NCBI GenBank assembly: GCA_903856085.1
Contig: CAIOAT010000013.1
Span: 167,430 to 231,429, forward strand
Direction of reading: 5' to 3'
Length of the DNA stretch: 64,000 bases
Source: Candidatus Omnitrophota bacterium
Lineage (GTDB): Bacteria; Omnitrophota; Omnitrophia; Omnitrophales; Aquincolibacteriaceae
How positions within the stretch are numbered: the first letter of the stretch is position 1; the number at the start of each line of letters is the position of its first letter. Shown here piece after piece: positions 19,503 through 29,614 of this stretch. Position numbers and translations under genes: made by a program. The notes below the pieces were generated by a model, which was not told where the DNA came from, ran no database searches, and saw only the letters and a list, made by a program, of their open reading frames with translations.

Positions 19503-20666
19503 CTACTTAAAAAGAGAGGCGATGCGTTCAACAGCGGTTTCGATATCTTTTTCGGAGGTGGCATAGCTCATGCGGATGTGATGAGGACTGCCGAAGGGCT
19601 CGCACGGGATAACCGCGACATGGACCTCGTCGAGAAGTTTTTTCGCGACCTCCAAACCGCTCAGGCCCGTTCCTTGAATATCGACAAAAAGATAAAAAGC
19701 TCCGTTGGATTTGAATGGTTTGAAAGACTTCACAACCTTTAGCTTTTCGATGAAAAGATCCCGCCTTTTTTGGAATACCTCGCACATTTTCCGGGCTTCT
19801 TCGTCCCCTTGATCGAGCGCGACGACCCCGCCGGGCTGCGTAAAAGAAACCGGATTCGATGTCGAGTGGCTTTGGATGCTCTCCACGGCCTTGGCCAATG
19901 TCTTTTCCGGGAACGCGGCATATCCCAAGCGCCAGCCGGTCATCGCATAGGCCTTGCTATGTCCATTCACGATCACCGTTCGTCTGGCGATCTCAGGATC
20001 CAGGGATGCGATCGAAGTGTGTTTCCGGCCGTCAAAAGTGAGCTTTTCATAGATCTCATCACTCAGTACGATCACCTTGGGATGTTTTTTGAGCACGGCG
20101 CAAAGCGCCAGGAGCTCTTCTTTGGAATAAACAGCCCCCGTAGGATTTGACGGCGAATTGAGAATGAGGATCTTGGACCGCGAAGTGAGCGCCTTTTCCA
20201 GAATATCGGGGGTGATCTTGAAATCCGTTTTTTCCGTCGACGGCAGAAAAACATTCGTACCCCCAAGCACGGTCACCATTTCCGGGTAACTCAGCCAGTA
20301 AGGCACAGGAATGAGCACTTCATCACCGGGATTCAGCAGCGCGAAAAGCACATTGAAGATCACATGTTTGGCGCCGCAGCCGACCACAACCTGCTCGGGA
20401 GTGAAATCAAGACCTTGATCCCTTTTAAGCTTCCGGCAAATGGCCTGACGGAGTTCGACGGTCCCCGGCACGGGAGTGTATTTTGTTTGGCCTTTACGAA
20501 GGGCTTCGATGCAGGCTTCTTTGATAAAGGAAGGAGTATCAAAATCCGGCTCGCCCGCGCTCAAAGAGATCACATCGATCCCCTGAGCCTTCATGGCTTT
20601 CGCCTTGGCGGCAATCTCGAGCGTAACCGAGGGTCTTACCGCGAGAACTCTGCTGGAAAGTTCCAT
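19503..20666 (-). CDS. Class I aminotransferase (aspartate/aromatic aminotransferase-like, PLP-dependent)
   Basis: 387 aa carrying the NPSNPTG and SKAYAMTGWRLGY (PLP-lysine) motifs. Confidence 0.85.
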   Translation of the reverse strand: MELSSRVLAVRPSVTLEIAAKAKAMKAQGIDVISLSAGEPDFDTPSFIKEACIEALRKGQTKYTPVPGTVELRQAICRKLKRDQGLDFTPEQVVVGCGAKHVIFNVLFALLNPGDEVLIPVPYWLSYPEMVTVLGGTNVFLPSTEKTDFKITPDILEKALTSRSKILILNSPSNPTGAVYSKEELLALCAVLKKHPKVIVLSDEIYEKLTFDGRKHTSIASLDPEIARRTVIVNGHSKAYAMTGWRLGYAAFPEKTLAKAVESIQSHSTSNPVSFTQPGGVVALDQGDEEARKMCEVFQKRRDLFIEKLKVVKSFKPFKSNGAFYLFVDIQGTGLSGLEVAKKLLDEVHVAVIPCEPFGSPHHIRMSYATSEKDIETAVERIASLFK

Positions 20667-20682
20667 GTTGATCCCGTTAACT

Positions 20683-20708
20683 CTTGCCCCGATCTCTAAC
20701 GGGGCAAG
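20683..20708 (-). terminator. Perfect 9-bp inverted repeat (CTTGCCCCG-N8-CGGGGCAAG) immediately after rplQ; likely operon-end terminator or RNA-stability hairpin
   Basis: The hairpin sits 3 nt after the rplQ stop. On the minus strand there is no long U-tract; on the plus strand it is followed by TTTT. Confidence 0.35.
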
Positions 20709-20710
20709 CC

Positions 20711-21274
20711 TTAGTTTTCGTCGCCCTTAAGGAATTTTCTGAGTTTCCCCAAGAACCCGCCCTTTTTCTCCGAATCTTTTTTCTCGTCCTGCTTCGGCGT
20801 TTCGGATTCTTTTTTCGCGGCCGTAGCCTTGGGCGATTCCTTGACCGACGTTTTTTCATCCGTTTTTTCGTCCGGCTTTGCTGCTTTCTTTTTCTTGGCT
20901 TTTTTGGCGGGCGCTTCAAATACTGCGGTCCATTCTAAGAGAGCCATTTGAGCTCCATCCCCTGCCCGATATCCCAGCCGAAGCACGCGGGTATAGCCCC
21001 CCTCGCGACCCTTAAAAAGCGGGGCGATCTGGGTGATCAGAATACGCGCGATCTCCGGATCCCGGACCTTGGAGATCAAAAGCCGACGGGCGTGCAACCC
21101 CTCGCGTTTCGCAATCGTGACCATCTTATCCGCGAGCGCACTGGTTTCTTTAGCTTTGGCGTGCGTCGTTTCGATGCGTTTTTTCAAGACGAGCGCCCGC
21201 ACGAGATTCCTGAGCTTCGCCGTACGGTGAGCGGTGACAACCCCTAATGTTCTTCTGCGACGTTGATGGCGCAT
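20711..21274 (-). CDS. rplQ: Ribosomal protein L17 with a roughly 70-aa lysine-rich C-terminal extension
   Basis: The L17 core (GREGGYTRVLRLGYRAGDGAQMALLE) carries a K/E-rich tail. Confidence 0.95.
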   Translation of the reverse strand: MRHQRRRRTLGVVTAHRTAKLRNLVRALVLKKRIETTHAKAKETSALADKMVTIAKREGLHARRLLISKVRDPEIARILITQIAPLFKGREGGYTRVLRLGYRAGDGAQMALLEWTAVFEAPAKKAKKKKAAKPDEKTDEKTSVKESPKATAAKKESETPKQDEKKDSEKKGGFLGKLRKFLKGDEN

Positions 21275-21283
21275 GATAGATCC

Positions 21284-22291
21284 TTATGATTCTGTCGGGG
21301 CTGCGACGGACGCGCCCTTATTCGGCAAAGATTCTTCAATGTTCATTCCGAGATGAAGGTTCATCGCAACCAAAATCGCGTTAATCTCATTGAGGGACTT
21401 TTTCCCGAAGTTTTTGTATTTGAGCATCTGCCCTTCCGACTTTTGAATAAGATCGCCGATCGTTTTGATGTTGGCGGCCTCAAGGCAGTTGGCGCTGCGA
21501 ACAGAAAGCTCCAACTCGCTGATGGGCTTGTGAATCATATCCAAAAATTCCTTGTCTTCGACCTCTTCTTCTTCCTCTTCTTCCGGCAATTCGCCGTAAT
21601 TGACGAAGACATCGAGATGCCGCTGGAGGATGTTCGACGCATAAAGAAGCGCCTCTTCCGGGCCCATGGCACCGTTGGTCCAGACTTCCAACACGAGACG
21701 GTCATAATCGGTCGCCTGCCCAACACGGGTGTCTTCCACAGAGAAATTCACCTTGGTCACGGGCGAGAAAGCCGAATCGACAGTCACCACGCCAATGGAG
21801 GCATCTTCCTGCTTGTTCTTTTCGGCAGAAACATACCCGCGGCCACGGCCCACTTCCATCTCCATCTTGAACGAATGGGACTTGCTCAAGGTGCAGAGCA
21901 CGAGTTCCGGGTTGACGATCTCGACAGTCTCATCCGCCTGGATATCGCCGGCCTTGACCGGACCTTGTTTCTTGATGTCGATATAGATCTTCTTCGGGCC
22001 CTTGCCATGGTAACGAAGCACGAGCTTTTTGACGTTCATGACGATCTGCGCGCCGTCCTCGACCACTCCTTGAACCGCAGAGAATTCATGCAACATCCCG
22101 TCGATCTTGATGCTGGTCACTGCAGCGCCATCGATCGAGGAGATAAGCACGCGTCGTAACGCATTCCCGATCGTGGTCCCGTAACCCCGTTCGAACGGTT
22201 CGGCAATGAACTTGCCATAATTGGGCGTCAGCGACCCTTGTTCCACTTCGAGGCGCTTCGGCATTTCAAACGTTTTCCAACGAATACCCAT
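21284..22291 (-). CDS. rpoA: DNA-directed RNA polymerase alpha subunit
   Basis: 335 aa containing the NALRRVLLSS-like NTD and a CTD. Confidence 0.95.
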   Translation of the reverse strand: MGIRWKTFEMPKRLEVEQGSLTPNYGKFIAEPFERGYGTTIGNALRRVLISSIDGAAVTSIKIDGMLHEFSAVQGVVEDGAQIVMNVKKLVLRYHGKGPKKIYIDIKKQGPVKAGDIQADETVEIVNPELVLCTLSKSHSFKMEMEVGRGRGYVSAEKNKQEDASIGVVTVDSAFSPVTKVNFSVEDTRVGQATDYDRLVLEVWTNGAMGPEEALLYASNILQRHLDVFVNYGELPEEEEEEEVEDKEFLDMIHKPISELELSVRSANCLEAANIKTIGDLIQKSEGQMLKYKNFGKKSLNEINAILVAMNLHLGMNIEESLPNKGASVAAPTES

Positions 22292-22349
22292 TGTGTTTCC
22301 TCCTTATGCGAACCAAGATAAAAAACTTTTTAAGAAAATAACCCGATCT

Positions 22350-22973
22350 CTACTTTGAATACAATTCCACGATAAGTGCTTCTTCCACAGGGAGCCCTGC
22401 GTCCGCTTTAGTGGGAAGTCTCGTGATTTCCCCGATCAATTTCACACGATCGAGTGCGAGCCATTCCGGAGCGTTCAAATCCTTCCACTTCTCCATGCTT
22501 GCCTGCAATCTTTTGATTTGCGGCTCTTTCTGCTTCACGCTGATTTTATCCCCCACCTTGCAAATAAAGGACGGGATATCCACCTTCTTGCTGTTGACGG
22601 TGATGTGTCCGTGTCCGACCATTTGACGCGCTTCCCGGCGGGAACCGGAAAAAAGAAGGCGAAACACCACGTTATCCAGACGCCGTTCGTGAAGCTGGAT
22701 CAACATCTCGCCTGTGACGCCTTTCATCTGGACCGCACGCGCGAAAAACACGCGGAACTGACGCTCGGTCACCCCGTAAATCCTCTTCATCTTCTGTTTT
22801 TCACGCAACTGCACGCCGTAGTCAGAAATTTTCTGGCGAGAGAGCCCGTGTTGGCCGGGGGGTTTCGACAAACGCTTATCATGTTTCTCATCCGTCGTAC
22901 GGCGACCTTTGAGACCCAGATTCACGCCTTCGCGACGGTGTAAACGAATAACTGGACCGCGATATCTTCCCAT
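22350..22973 (-). CDS. rpsD: Ribosomal protein S4
   Basis: Begins MGRYRGPV, with an S4 domain. Confidence 0.95.
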   Translation of the reverse strand: MGRYRGPVIRLHRREGVNLGLKGRRTTDEKHDKRLSKPPGQHGLSRQKISDYGVQLREKQKMKRIYGVTERQFRVFFARAVQMKGVTGEMLIQLHERRLDNVVFRLLFSGSRREARQMVGHGHITVNSKKVDIPSFICKVGDKISVKQKEPQIKRLQASMEKWKDLNAPEWLALDRVKLIGEITRLPTKADAGLPVEEALIVELYSK

Positions 22974-22976
22974 AAA

Positions 22977-23348
22977 TTAAACTCTCCTCTTCTTCGGCGG
23001 ACGGCAGCCATTATGCGGCACCGGCGTAATATCATGAATCGCGCTGATCACAAGCCCCGCCGCCTGAAGCGCGCGGATGGCGGATTCCCGGCCGGCGCCG
23101 GGCCCCTTGATATAAACTTCAACTTCTTTCATACCGAATTCCATGGCCTTTTTGGCAGCCTTCTCAGATGCCATCTGCGCCGCGAAAGGCGTGGATTTCT
23201 TCGACCCCTTGAATCCGGCAGAACCGGAGGACTCCCAGCATACGCAGTTGCCGCCGGCATCCGTGATCGTGATGATCGTGTTATTGAAACTTGCCGCGAT
23301 GTGCGCCACGCCACGGACGATATGTTTAATCTTTTTCTTTTTTGCCAT
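22977..23348 (-). CDS. rpsK: Ribosomal protein S11
   Basis: Carries the [16 protein letters not shown] motif. Confidence 0.95.
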   Translation of the reverse strand: MAKKKKIKHIVRGVAHIAASFNNTIITITDAGGNCVCWESSGSAGFKGSKKSTPFAAQMASEKAAKKAMEFGMKEVEVYIKGPGAGRESAIRALQAAGLVISAIHDITPVPHNGCRPPKKRRV

Positions 23349-23379
23349 AGAATTCCTTTATCTCGGTGATGAGTTCGGA

Positions 23380-23766
23380 TTATTTAGGCGCAGGCGCCCC
23401 TTTAGCGAGTCCGCCTACGGTTTTGCGTTTACCTTTACGCGTGCGCGCGTTCGTATGCGTTCTCTGCCCGCGGCACGGAAGGCCCTTCAAATGTCTTGAA
23501 CCGCGATAACAGCGGATATCCATCAGACGCTTGATGTTCATCTGGATCTCACGACGAAGATCCCCTTCCACTTTCGTGGTCCGCTGAATGATCCCCGTAA
23601 GCGCGGAGACCTCGGCTTCGGTCAGGTCCTTGGCACGTTTCGCCGGATCGACCTTGGCTTCCAATAAAATCTTCTTTGAAAGCGTTTTCCCGACCCCATA
23701 CAGATAGGTCAACGCCACATCCACTCTTTTGTCTCTCGGGATATCCACCCCAATGATACGCGGCAT
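23380..23766 (-). CDS. rpsM: Ribosomal protein S13
   Basis: Begins [15 protein letters not shown]. Confidence 0.95.
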   Translation of the reverse strand: MPRIIGVDIPRDKRVDVALTYLYGVGKTLSKKILLEAKVDPAKRAKDLTEAEVSALTGIIQRTTKVEGDLRREIQMNIKRLMDIRCYRGSRHLKGLPCRGQRTHTNARTRKGKRKTVGGLAKGAPAPK

Positions 23767-23793
23767 ACTCTGGATCCTTTCTTAAAAAATCAA

Positions 23794-23907
23794 TTAACCT
23801 TGGCGCTGCTTGTGTTTCGGATTACTGCAGATCACATACACGTAGCCCTTGCGACGCACGATCTTGCAATTTTCACAAATCCTTCGGACTGAACTTCGAA
23901 CTTTCAT
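23794..23907 (-). CDS. rpmJ: Ribosomal protein L36 (missed by the ORF track because it is only 37 aa)
   Basis: Manual reverse translation gives [37 protein letters not shown]. Confidence 0.85.
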   Translation of the reverse strand: MKVRSSVRRICENCKIVRRKGYVYVICSNPKHKQRQG

Positions 23908-23925
23908 TTTTTCACCTCAGAGAAC

Positions 23926-24144
23926 TCATTTAACTCGAAAAGTAATTCTTCCTCGCGTCAGATCATACGGAGAAAGCTCCATCTTCACTTTGTCTCCCGG
24001 AAGGATGCGGATGTAATGCATCCTCATCTTGCCGGAGATATGTGCCAGCACCTTATGCCCATTTTCAAGCTCCACGCGGAACATCGCGTTGGGCAAAGGC
24101 TCGACCACAGTCCCTTCCACTTCAATCGCATCTTCTTTCGGCAT
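23926..24144 (-). CDS. infA: Translation initiation factor IF-1
   Basis: 72 aa with an S1-like fold signature ([15 protein letters not shown]). Confidence 0.95.
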   Translation of the reverse strand: MPKEDAIEVEGTVVEPLPNAMFRVELENGHKVLAHISGKMRMHYIRILPGDKVKMELSPYDLTRGRITFRVK

Positions 24145-24147
24145 CGT

Positions 24148-24903
24148 CTAGAGAACCTCGTCGCCTGTTAAATTTATAAAGCCACTTTCCATAAAAACAA
24201 TTGTATCTTCGTAATGACTGGCATTTTTACGATCTTTCGTAACCACTGTCCAACCGTCCTCGAGCGTCTCCACCGCATAATGCCCTTCCGTCACCATCGG
24301 CTCGATCGCGATCACCAACCCCGATTCGATTTTGGCTCCTCGCCCCGCTTTCCCATAGTTCGGAACTTGCGGATCCTCATGAAGCTGTCGCCCGATCCCA
24401 TGCCCCGCATAATCACGAACCAATTGAAAGCCCTGTTTTTCAACGTATCGCTGTATCGCTTCAGAAATATCCCCGATCCGCCAACCCGGTTGATATGCCG
24501 CAAGCGCCACGTCCAAGGAATCCTTCGCAGCGTTAATCAACGCGTGCTTTTTTGGATCGATCGCACCTACAGGCCAGGTCCTCGCGGCATCCGCGTAAAA
24601 CCCGTTCCACTTAACCCCGATATCAAAACTGACCACATCGCCCTCTTTCAAGCGGCGCGCATCCGGAATCCCATGCACCACGGCCTCATTGATGGAAATA
24701 CATGCCGTCTTCGGAAATCCACGGTAACCTTTAAACGCGGGTTCCCCACCATTTTCAAGGATCACTTTTTCCGCCGCACGATCTAACGCTTCCGTCGTGA
24801 TGCCCTGAACGATCATGGGCTTTACGGCCACAAACACCTTCTTCAGGATGGCCGCGGCTTCCAGGATCAGCTGAATTTCGCGTTTCGACTTCAGCTCGAT
24901 CAT
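24148..24903 (-). CDS. map: Methionine aminopeptidase type I
   Basis: Metal ligand motifs are present (VSFDIG, GHGIG). Confidence 0.9.
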   Translation of the reverse strand: MIELKSKREIQLILEAAAILKKVFVAVKPMIVQGITTEALDRAAEKVILENGGEPAFKGYRGFPKTACISINEAVVHGIPDARRLKEGDVVSFDIGVKWNGFYADAARTWPVGAIDPKKHALINAAKDSLDVALAAYQPGWRIGDISEAIQRYVEKQGFQLVRDYAGHGIGRQLHEDPQVPNYGKAGRGAKIESGLVIAIEPMVTEGHYAVETLEDGWTVVTKDRKNASHYEDTIVFMESGFINLTGDEVL

Positions 24904-24909
24904 GCGAAT

Positions 24910-25560
24910 CTAGCGAATCTTTTCAAAGAGCTTTTCTAGGACTTTCTGGACCGACAAGGGATCGCCCTCTGCCGGAACGTCATGCAAAAGTCCCTTCTTA
25001 CGATAGAACTCGATCAAAGGTTTCGTGGACTCATGATAAACCTTGAGCCTGTTAAGGATCGTCGCGGGCTCATCATCCTTACGAATGACCAGTGGCTGTC
25101 CGTGACAATCACAAACGCCTTCTTTTTTCGGCGGCATGTTCCGCACGTGATAGATCTTGCCCGAAATCGCGCAAAGTCTGCGGCCCCCAAGCCTATCGAC
25201 CAAAATTTTTTCCGACGCTTCAAAATTCACAACTGCCGTAAGCGGGATCTTTTCATGAGAGAGGAACTTCTCCAGAGCCTCCGCCTGGCCAATCGTCCTC
25301 GGGTATCCATCTAAAATAAAACCTTTTGCATCCTTCAGTGCGCGTATCTCTTCGAACATCATGTCGTTGACAAGATCATCCGAAACCAGTTCCCCGCGCG
25401 CGATCACATCTTTCGCCAGCGCTCCGAGCGATGTTCCCTCTTTAATATTCCTGCGAAGAATATCTCCGGCCGCAAACTGCGTGAGTCCGTATTTCTCAAC
25501 AATCATTTTGGCGTGGGTGCCTTTTCCGGCTCCCGGAGGCCCCAAAAAGATCAGATTCAT
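24910..25560 (-). CDS. adk: Adenylate kinase (zinc-containing lid)
   Basis: The GPPGAGKGT P-loop is present, and the lid carries C...C...CDCH. Confidence 0.95.
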   Translation of the reverse strand: MNLIFLGPPGAGKGTHAKMIVEKYGLTQFAAGDILRRNIKEGTSLGALAKDVIARGELVSDDLVNDMMFEEIRALKDAKGFILDGYPRTIGQAEALEKFLSHEKIPLTAVVNFEASEKILVDRLGGRRLCAISGKIYHVRNMPPKKEGVCDCHGQPLVIRKDDEPATILNRLKVYHESTKPLIEFYRKKGLLHDVPAEGDPLSVQKVLEKLFEKIR

Positions 25561-26912
25561 TAACGGCGTCCTTTCAGACGTCCCCGCTTAATAAAACCGT
25601 CATAGTGCCGCATGACCAACTGAGACTCGACAGACTTCATCACATCCAACACCACGCCGACAATGATGAGGAGCCCGGTCCCGCCGAAAAAACTCGCGAT
25701 CAGGAACGGAATGTTCAGCACATGCGGCGATGAAATAATCTTTGGAAAAAGCGCGATCAATGCCAGGATCACAGCACCTGCCGTCGCGATCCTTGTCATT
25801 AGATAATCCAAATATTCCGCCGTATTTTTTCCCGGTCGAATCCCCGGCACGAACCCACCGTATTTCTGGAGATTGTCACTTACCTCGATCGGATTGAACG
25901 TGATCGCTGTGTAAAAGAACGTAAAAAACACGATTAGAAGCGCATCCAAGGCCATATAGCCACCGCTTCCGTAGCTGATCATCTGAGCAATTCTTGTAAA
26001 AGCCCCGGCATTCGGAAAAAAGCCCGCGATCGTGGCGGGAAACAAGATCACCGACTGCGCAAAAATGATCGGGATCACGCCAGCCTGGTTCACTTTGAGC
26101 GGAAGATAGGTGCTCTGCCCGCCGTAAGTCCTATGCCCACGAATCTGTTTTGCGTACTGGACCGGGATCTTCCTTTGGCCCTGAATGATCAGGATCAAAA
26201 AAACTACCGCGCCCACGAAAAGCCCGCACATGATCACAAACTTCCACCAGGCAAGCTGTTGACGTGACGGATCAAGCGGTGAAAGCAGGACCCATGTCTG
26301 ACGCAACACTTCCGGCAACCGCTCGATGATGCCTGCCGTAATAATGATCGACATACCGTTGCCAATGCCGAAATTGTCGATCTGCTCGCCAAGCCACATA
26401 ATGAAGGCCGTGCCCGTGGTCATGGTAAGCATACACATCAAACGAAAACTCCAACCGGGATCCGGCACGATCACCGATCCCCCGAAGGCCGCAGGATTTT
26501 CAAGCCAAAGAGCGATAAAAAACGTCTGCAAAATGCTCAGGACGATCGTCCCATAGCGTGTGTATTGAATAATCTTCTTGCGGCCTTCCTCGCCTTCTTT
26601 CGCGAGCTTTTCCAAAGACGGTATTACCACCGTCAAAAGCTGCAAAATGATCGATGCCGAAATATACGGCATGATCCCCAACGCAAAAATCGTCGCTTTC
26701 TGGAGCGCACCGCCGGTAAACATCCCCATAAAACCAAGGAGGGATCCGCCCGCCATATGCTGTTGGAAAAATCGCGCAAGCGCAACGCCGTCGATCCCCG
26801 GAGTCGGCACAAAGGCACCAATTCGGTATACGGCAATAATGCCAAGCGTAAAAAGGATCTTCTTACGCAGGTCCGGGATTTTTAGGATATTTCCGAACGC
26901 TTGTAGCACCAA
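25560..26912 (-). CDS. secY: Preprotein translocase subunit SecY
   Basis: 450 aa, 10-TM SecY. Confidence 0.95.
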   Translation of the reverse strand: MVLQAFGNILKIPDLRKKILFTLGIIAVYRIGAFVPTPGIDGVALARFFQQHMAGGSLLGFMGMFTGGALQKATIFALGIMPYISASIILQLLTVVIPSLEKLAKEGEEGRKKIIQYTRYGTIVLSILQTFFIALWLENPAAFGGSVIVPDPGWSFRLMCMLTMTTGTAFIMWLGEQIDNFGIGNGMSIIITAGIIERLPEVLRQTWVLLSPLDPSRQQLAWWKFVIMCGLFVGAVVFLILIIQGQRKIPVQYAKQIRGHRTYGGQSTYLPLKVNQAGVIPIIFAQSVILFPATIAGFFPNAGAFTRIAQMISYGSGGYMALDALLIVFFTFFYTAITFNPIEVSDNLQKYGGFVPGIRPGKNTAEYLDYLMTRIATAGAVILALIALFPKIISSPHVLNIPFLIASFFGGTGLLIIVGVVLDVMKSVESQLVMRHYDGFIKRGRLKGRR

Positions 26913-26929
26913 AACTCCGTTCTTTTTAT

Positions 26930-27361
26930 TTATTTTCCGAGCAGAACGGCTTGACCGCCCTTAGACTCGATCTTCGTCTTCGCGGAACCGCTGAAAAGAT
27001 GGGCCTTCACAGTAACAGCTTTTTTGAGCTCTCCGGAACCGAGGATCTTCAAACCATCGTGCAGCTCCTTGATAACATTTTTGGCAAGCAATAATTCCGG
27101 AGTGATCTCGTTATCTTCGAGCCTTGCCAACGTCTGAAGATTCACAATCGCGTAAACCTTTTTGAACGCACTGCGGTTAAAACCTCGCTTCGGAAGACGC
27201 CGGTAAAGAGGATTCTGTCCGCCTTCGAAACCGGGATTCAGTGTAAACCCCGAACGCGCTCTCTGTCCCTTATGTCCTTTGGTTGAAGTCTTCCCGTGAC
27301 CGGAACCGATACCGCAACCCAAACGTTTCTTTCGCTTCTTATAAGGAGTTTTGTGCCTCAT
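26930..27361 (-). CDS. rplO: Ribosomal protein L15
   Basis: The glycine-rich [15 protein letters not shown] motif is present. Confidence 0.95.
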   Translation of the reverse strand: MRHKTPYKKRKKRLGCGIGSGHGKTSTKGHKGQRARSGFTLNPGFEGGQNPLYRRLPKRGFNRSAFKKVYAIVNLQTLARLEDNEITPELLLAKNVIKELHDGLKILGSGELKKAVTVKAHLFSGSAKTKIESKGGQAVLLGK

Positions 27362-27930
27362 GACACTTTTTCTCTTTCTGAGTCATAACGAATCTTGCGG
27401 TCCACAAGCGCGGTCAACCCATCGATCGTGGCCTTCAGAACGTTGATAGAATTATCGCTCCCGAGACTCTTCGTTAAAATATCCTTGATACCGCAAGCTT
27501 CGCACGCCGCGCGCACCGAACCTCCAGCGATGATCCCCGTACCAGGGGAAGCGGGTTTCAAAAGCACTTTCGCCGCACCATAGCGCCCGATCACCTCATG
27601 AGGAATGGTCGTTCCCTTGAGCGTGATATTAATAATGTTCTTGCGGGCCGCAACCAGCGCCTTACGAATCGCGTCCGCGACCTCGTTGGCCTTGCCCTGC
27701 GCGTACCCAAGCTGAGCCGTGCCGCTACCCACCACCACCAACGCGCTGAATGAAAAACGTTTTCCGCCTTTTACGACCTTGGCACAGCGGTTCACCTGAA
27801 TAACCTTTTCATAGGTCGTCGAACCATCCGCCGACATCGACGGCGTTCTGGAGGACCGTGAGGGGGACTGAGGAGCCCTCGGACCCGCTCGATGCTGTGT
27901 TTTTGGCGCTGCTACGGCTGTTTTTTCCAT
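27358..27930 (-). CDS. rpsE: Ribosomal protein S5 (about 35-aa N-terminal extension); the rplO start overlaps its stop, so no rpmD (L30) lies between them
   Basis: Contains the S5 dsRBD and C-terminal domains. Confidence 0.9.
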   Translation of the reverse strand: MEKTAVAAPKTQHRAGPRAPQSPSRSSRTPSMSADGSTTYEKVIQVNRCAKVVKGGKRFSFSALVVVGSGTAQLGYAQGKANEVADAIRKALVAARKNIINITLKGTTIPHEVIGRYGAAKVLLKPASPGTGIIAGGSVRAACEACGIKDILTKSLGSDNSINVLKATIDGLTALVDRKIRYDSEREKVS

Positions 27931-27959
27931 GCTTCGTGGATTTCCTTTCGGTGACTACT

Positions 27960-28322
27960 TTAAAATTGAATGCCGTTCTTACGAATCGCTTCGGCCAGAG
28001 CCTTCACGCGGCCATGGTAAAGATAACCGCCGCGATCAAACGATATTTTCTGCACACCTTTTTTCTTAAGTTGCTCGGCAAAAATCTGCCCCAGCTGCTC
28101 CGAGACGGGAATCTTTCCTTTTTTAGAAGCAACCTTCGCAACTTCTTTATCCAAAGAAGACAGCGAAGCAAGCGTTTTTTGAGAAACGTCATCAATCGCT
28201 TGGACGAAAATATTTTTGAGGGAACGGTGCACGACTACCCGCGGCCTTTCGGCTGACCCGACGACCTTTTTACGAACCCGACGATGCCGTTGGATTCTTC
28301 CCCATTCTTTATCTTGGACCAT
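27960..28322 (-). CDS. rplR: Ribosomal protein L18
   Basis: 120 aa with an L18 signature. Confidence 0.9.
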   Translation of the reverse strand: MVQDKEWGRIQRHRRVRKKVVGSAERPRVVVHRSLKNIFVQAIDDVSQKTLASLSSLDKEVAKVASKKGKIPVSEQLGQIFAEQLKKKGVQKISFDRGGYLYHGRVKALAEAIRKNGIQF

Positions 28323-28430
28323 AAATTCTAAACTCCTCTATCCTGACTGCTGTTTTCTATTCTTAAAATGTCGTCAGGATTGCCCCAATTTCACCTACGC
28401 TAAAATTGATAAGAATCGGGACTATCCGGA

Positions 28431-28967
28431 TTAGCTGACCGTTTTACCTTGTTTGCGGCGCACATGCTCCCCAAGGTAACGGATGCCCTTCCCCTTGTAC
28501 GGTTCGGGCTTCATGAAACTTCGAATCTCTGCCGCTGTTTGCCCAACACGCTGCTTGTCGGCCCCTGTAATCGTGATGGAGGTCGGTTTCGGGCATTTGA
28601 TCTCAACGTCTTTACCAAAAGGATAATTGATAGGATGTGTGAAACCGAGCAACAAGGTCAGGACGCTGTCCTTCACGGAAGCCTTCATACCAACGCCTAC
28701 AATCTCAAGTTCCTTCGCATACCCCTGCGTCACACCCAGGACCATGTTCTGGATCAGACTGCGCGTCAGACCGTGAAGCGCGCGATCCGTGCGAATATCC
28801 GTGGGACGGGTGACCTTCACTTCTTTTCCCTCGATCTTAACCGCGATGCGAGGATGAACGCTCAGGGTAAGTTCACCCTTGGGCCCTTGGACCTTCAGGG
28901 TCGTACCTTGAACAGCAACTTTTACTGTCTCAGGGATCGTAACTGGTTTTCTTCCGATACGTGACAT
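28431..28967 (-). CDS. rplF: Ribosomal protein L6
   Basis: Begins MSRIGRKPVTIPETVKV. Confidence 0.95.
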   Translation of the reverse strand: MSRIGRKPVTIPETVKVAVQGTTLKVQGPKGELTLSVHPRIAVKIEGKEVKVTRPTDIRTDRALHGLTRSLIQNMVLGVTQGYAKELEIVGVGMKASVKDSVLTLLLGFTHPINYPFGKDVEIKCPKPTSITITGADKQRVGQTAAEIRSFMKPEPYKGKGIRYLGEHVRRKQGKTVS

Positions 28968-28998
28968 AATTCCTTTTTATTATCCGCTTAAGGGATCT

Positions 28999-29400
28999 TT
29001 ACCAAACCGTGCAAAGAAATTCACCGCCGGCCTTGGCTTCACGCGCCTGCCGTCCGGTTAAAACGCCCTTGGGTGTTGAAAGGATCGCCACCCCAAATCC
29101 TCCAAGCACTTTCGGGATTTCCTGATAGCCGACATAACGACGCAACCCCGGCGTGGAGATGCGCTTCAGCCCCTGGATCGCTGATTTCTTGCCCCCAGGA
29201 AGATATTTCAGATGGATGCGTACAAAATTCTTGTTCCCATCGTTGAACGGTTTCACGTTCTCGATGAATCCTTCGCTCTTCAAAAGCTCAGCGATCCGTA
29301 TCGTGAGCACAGAAGCCGGCGCGGTCAACTTTTCTTTATGCGCCTTCGAAGCATTCCGGATCGACGTTAAAAAATCTCCGATAAAATCATAGCGTGACAT
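28999..29400 (-). CDS. rpsH: Ribosomal protein S8
   Basis: Begins DFIGDFLTSIRNA. Confidence 0.95.
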   Translation of the reverse strand: MSRYDFIGDFLTSIRNASKAHKEKLTAPASVLTIRIAELLKSEGFIENVKPFNDGNKNFVRIHLKYLPGGKKSAIQGLKRISTPGLRRYVGYQEIPKVLGGFGVAILSTPKGVLTGRQAREAKAGGEFLCTVW

Positions 29401-29418
29401 GAAAACCTTTCCTCCTGA

Positions 29419-29604
29419 TTACCAGCTGGATTTAACCACGCCCGGCAGCATGCCCGTGTTGGCCAATTCCCGGAAACAAATACGGCAGATGGAAAATTTC
29501 CGGATATAGCCGCGCGGACGTCCGCAGCGCTGGCAGCGGTTGTATTTTCTGACCTTGAACTTCGGTTCTAATCTTTGCTTTATGACCAAACAAGTCTTTG
29601 CCAT
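29419..29604 (-). CDS. rpsZ: Ribosomal protein S14, zinc-ribbon type Z (61 aa)
   Basis: Carries the [20 protein letters not shown] motif. Confidence 0.9.
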   Translation of the reverse strand: MAKTCLVIKQRLEPKFKVRKYNRCQRCGRPRGYIRKFSICRICFRELANTGMLPGVVKSSW

Positions 29605-29614
29605 TTGAAATCCC

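Noticed and set aside
20677-20919. 80-aa extremely K/R-rich minus-strand ORF
   Set aside because: It is an alternative frame of the lysine-rich C-terminal tail of rplQ. The composition is a frame artefact of the AAG/AAA-rich tail.
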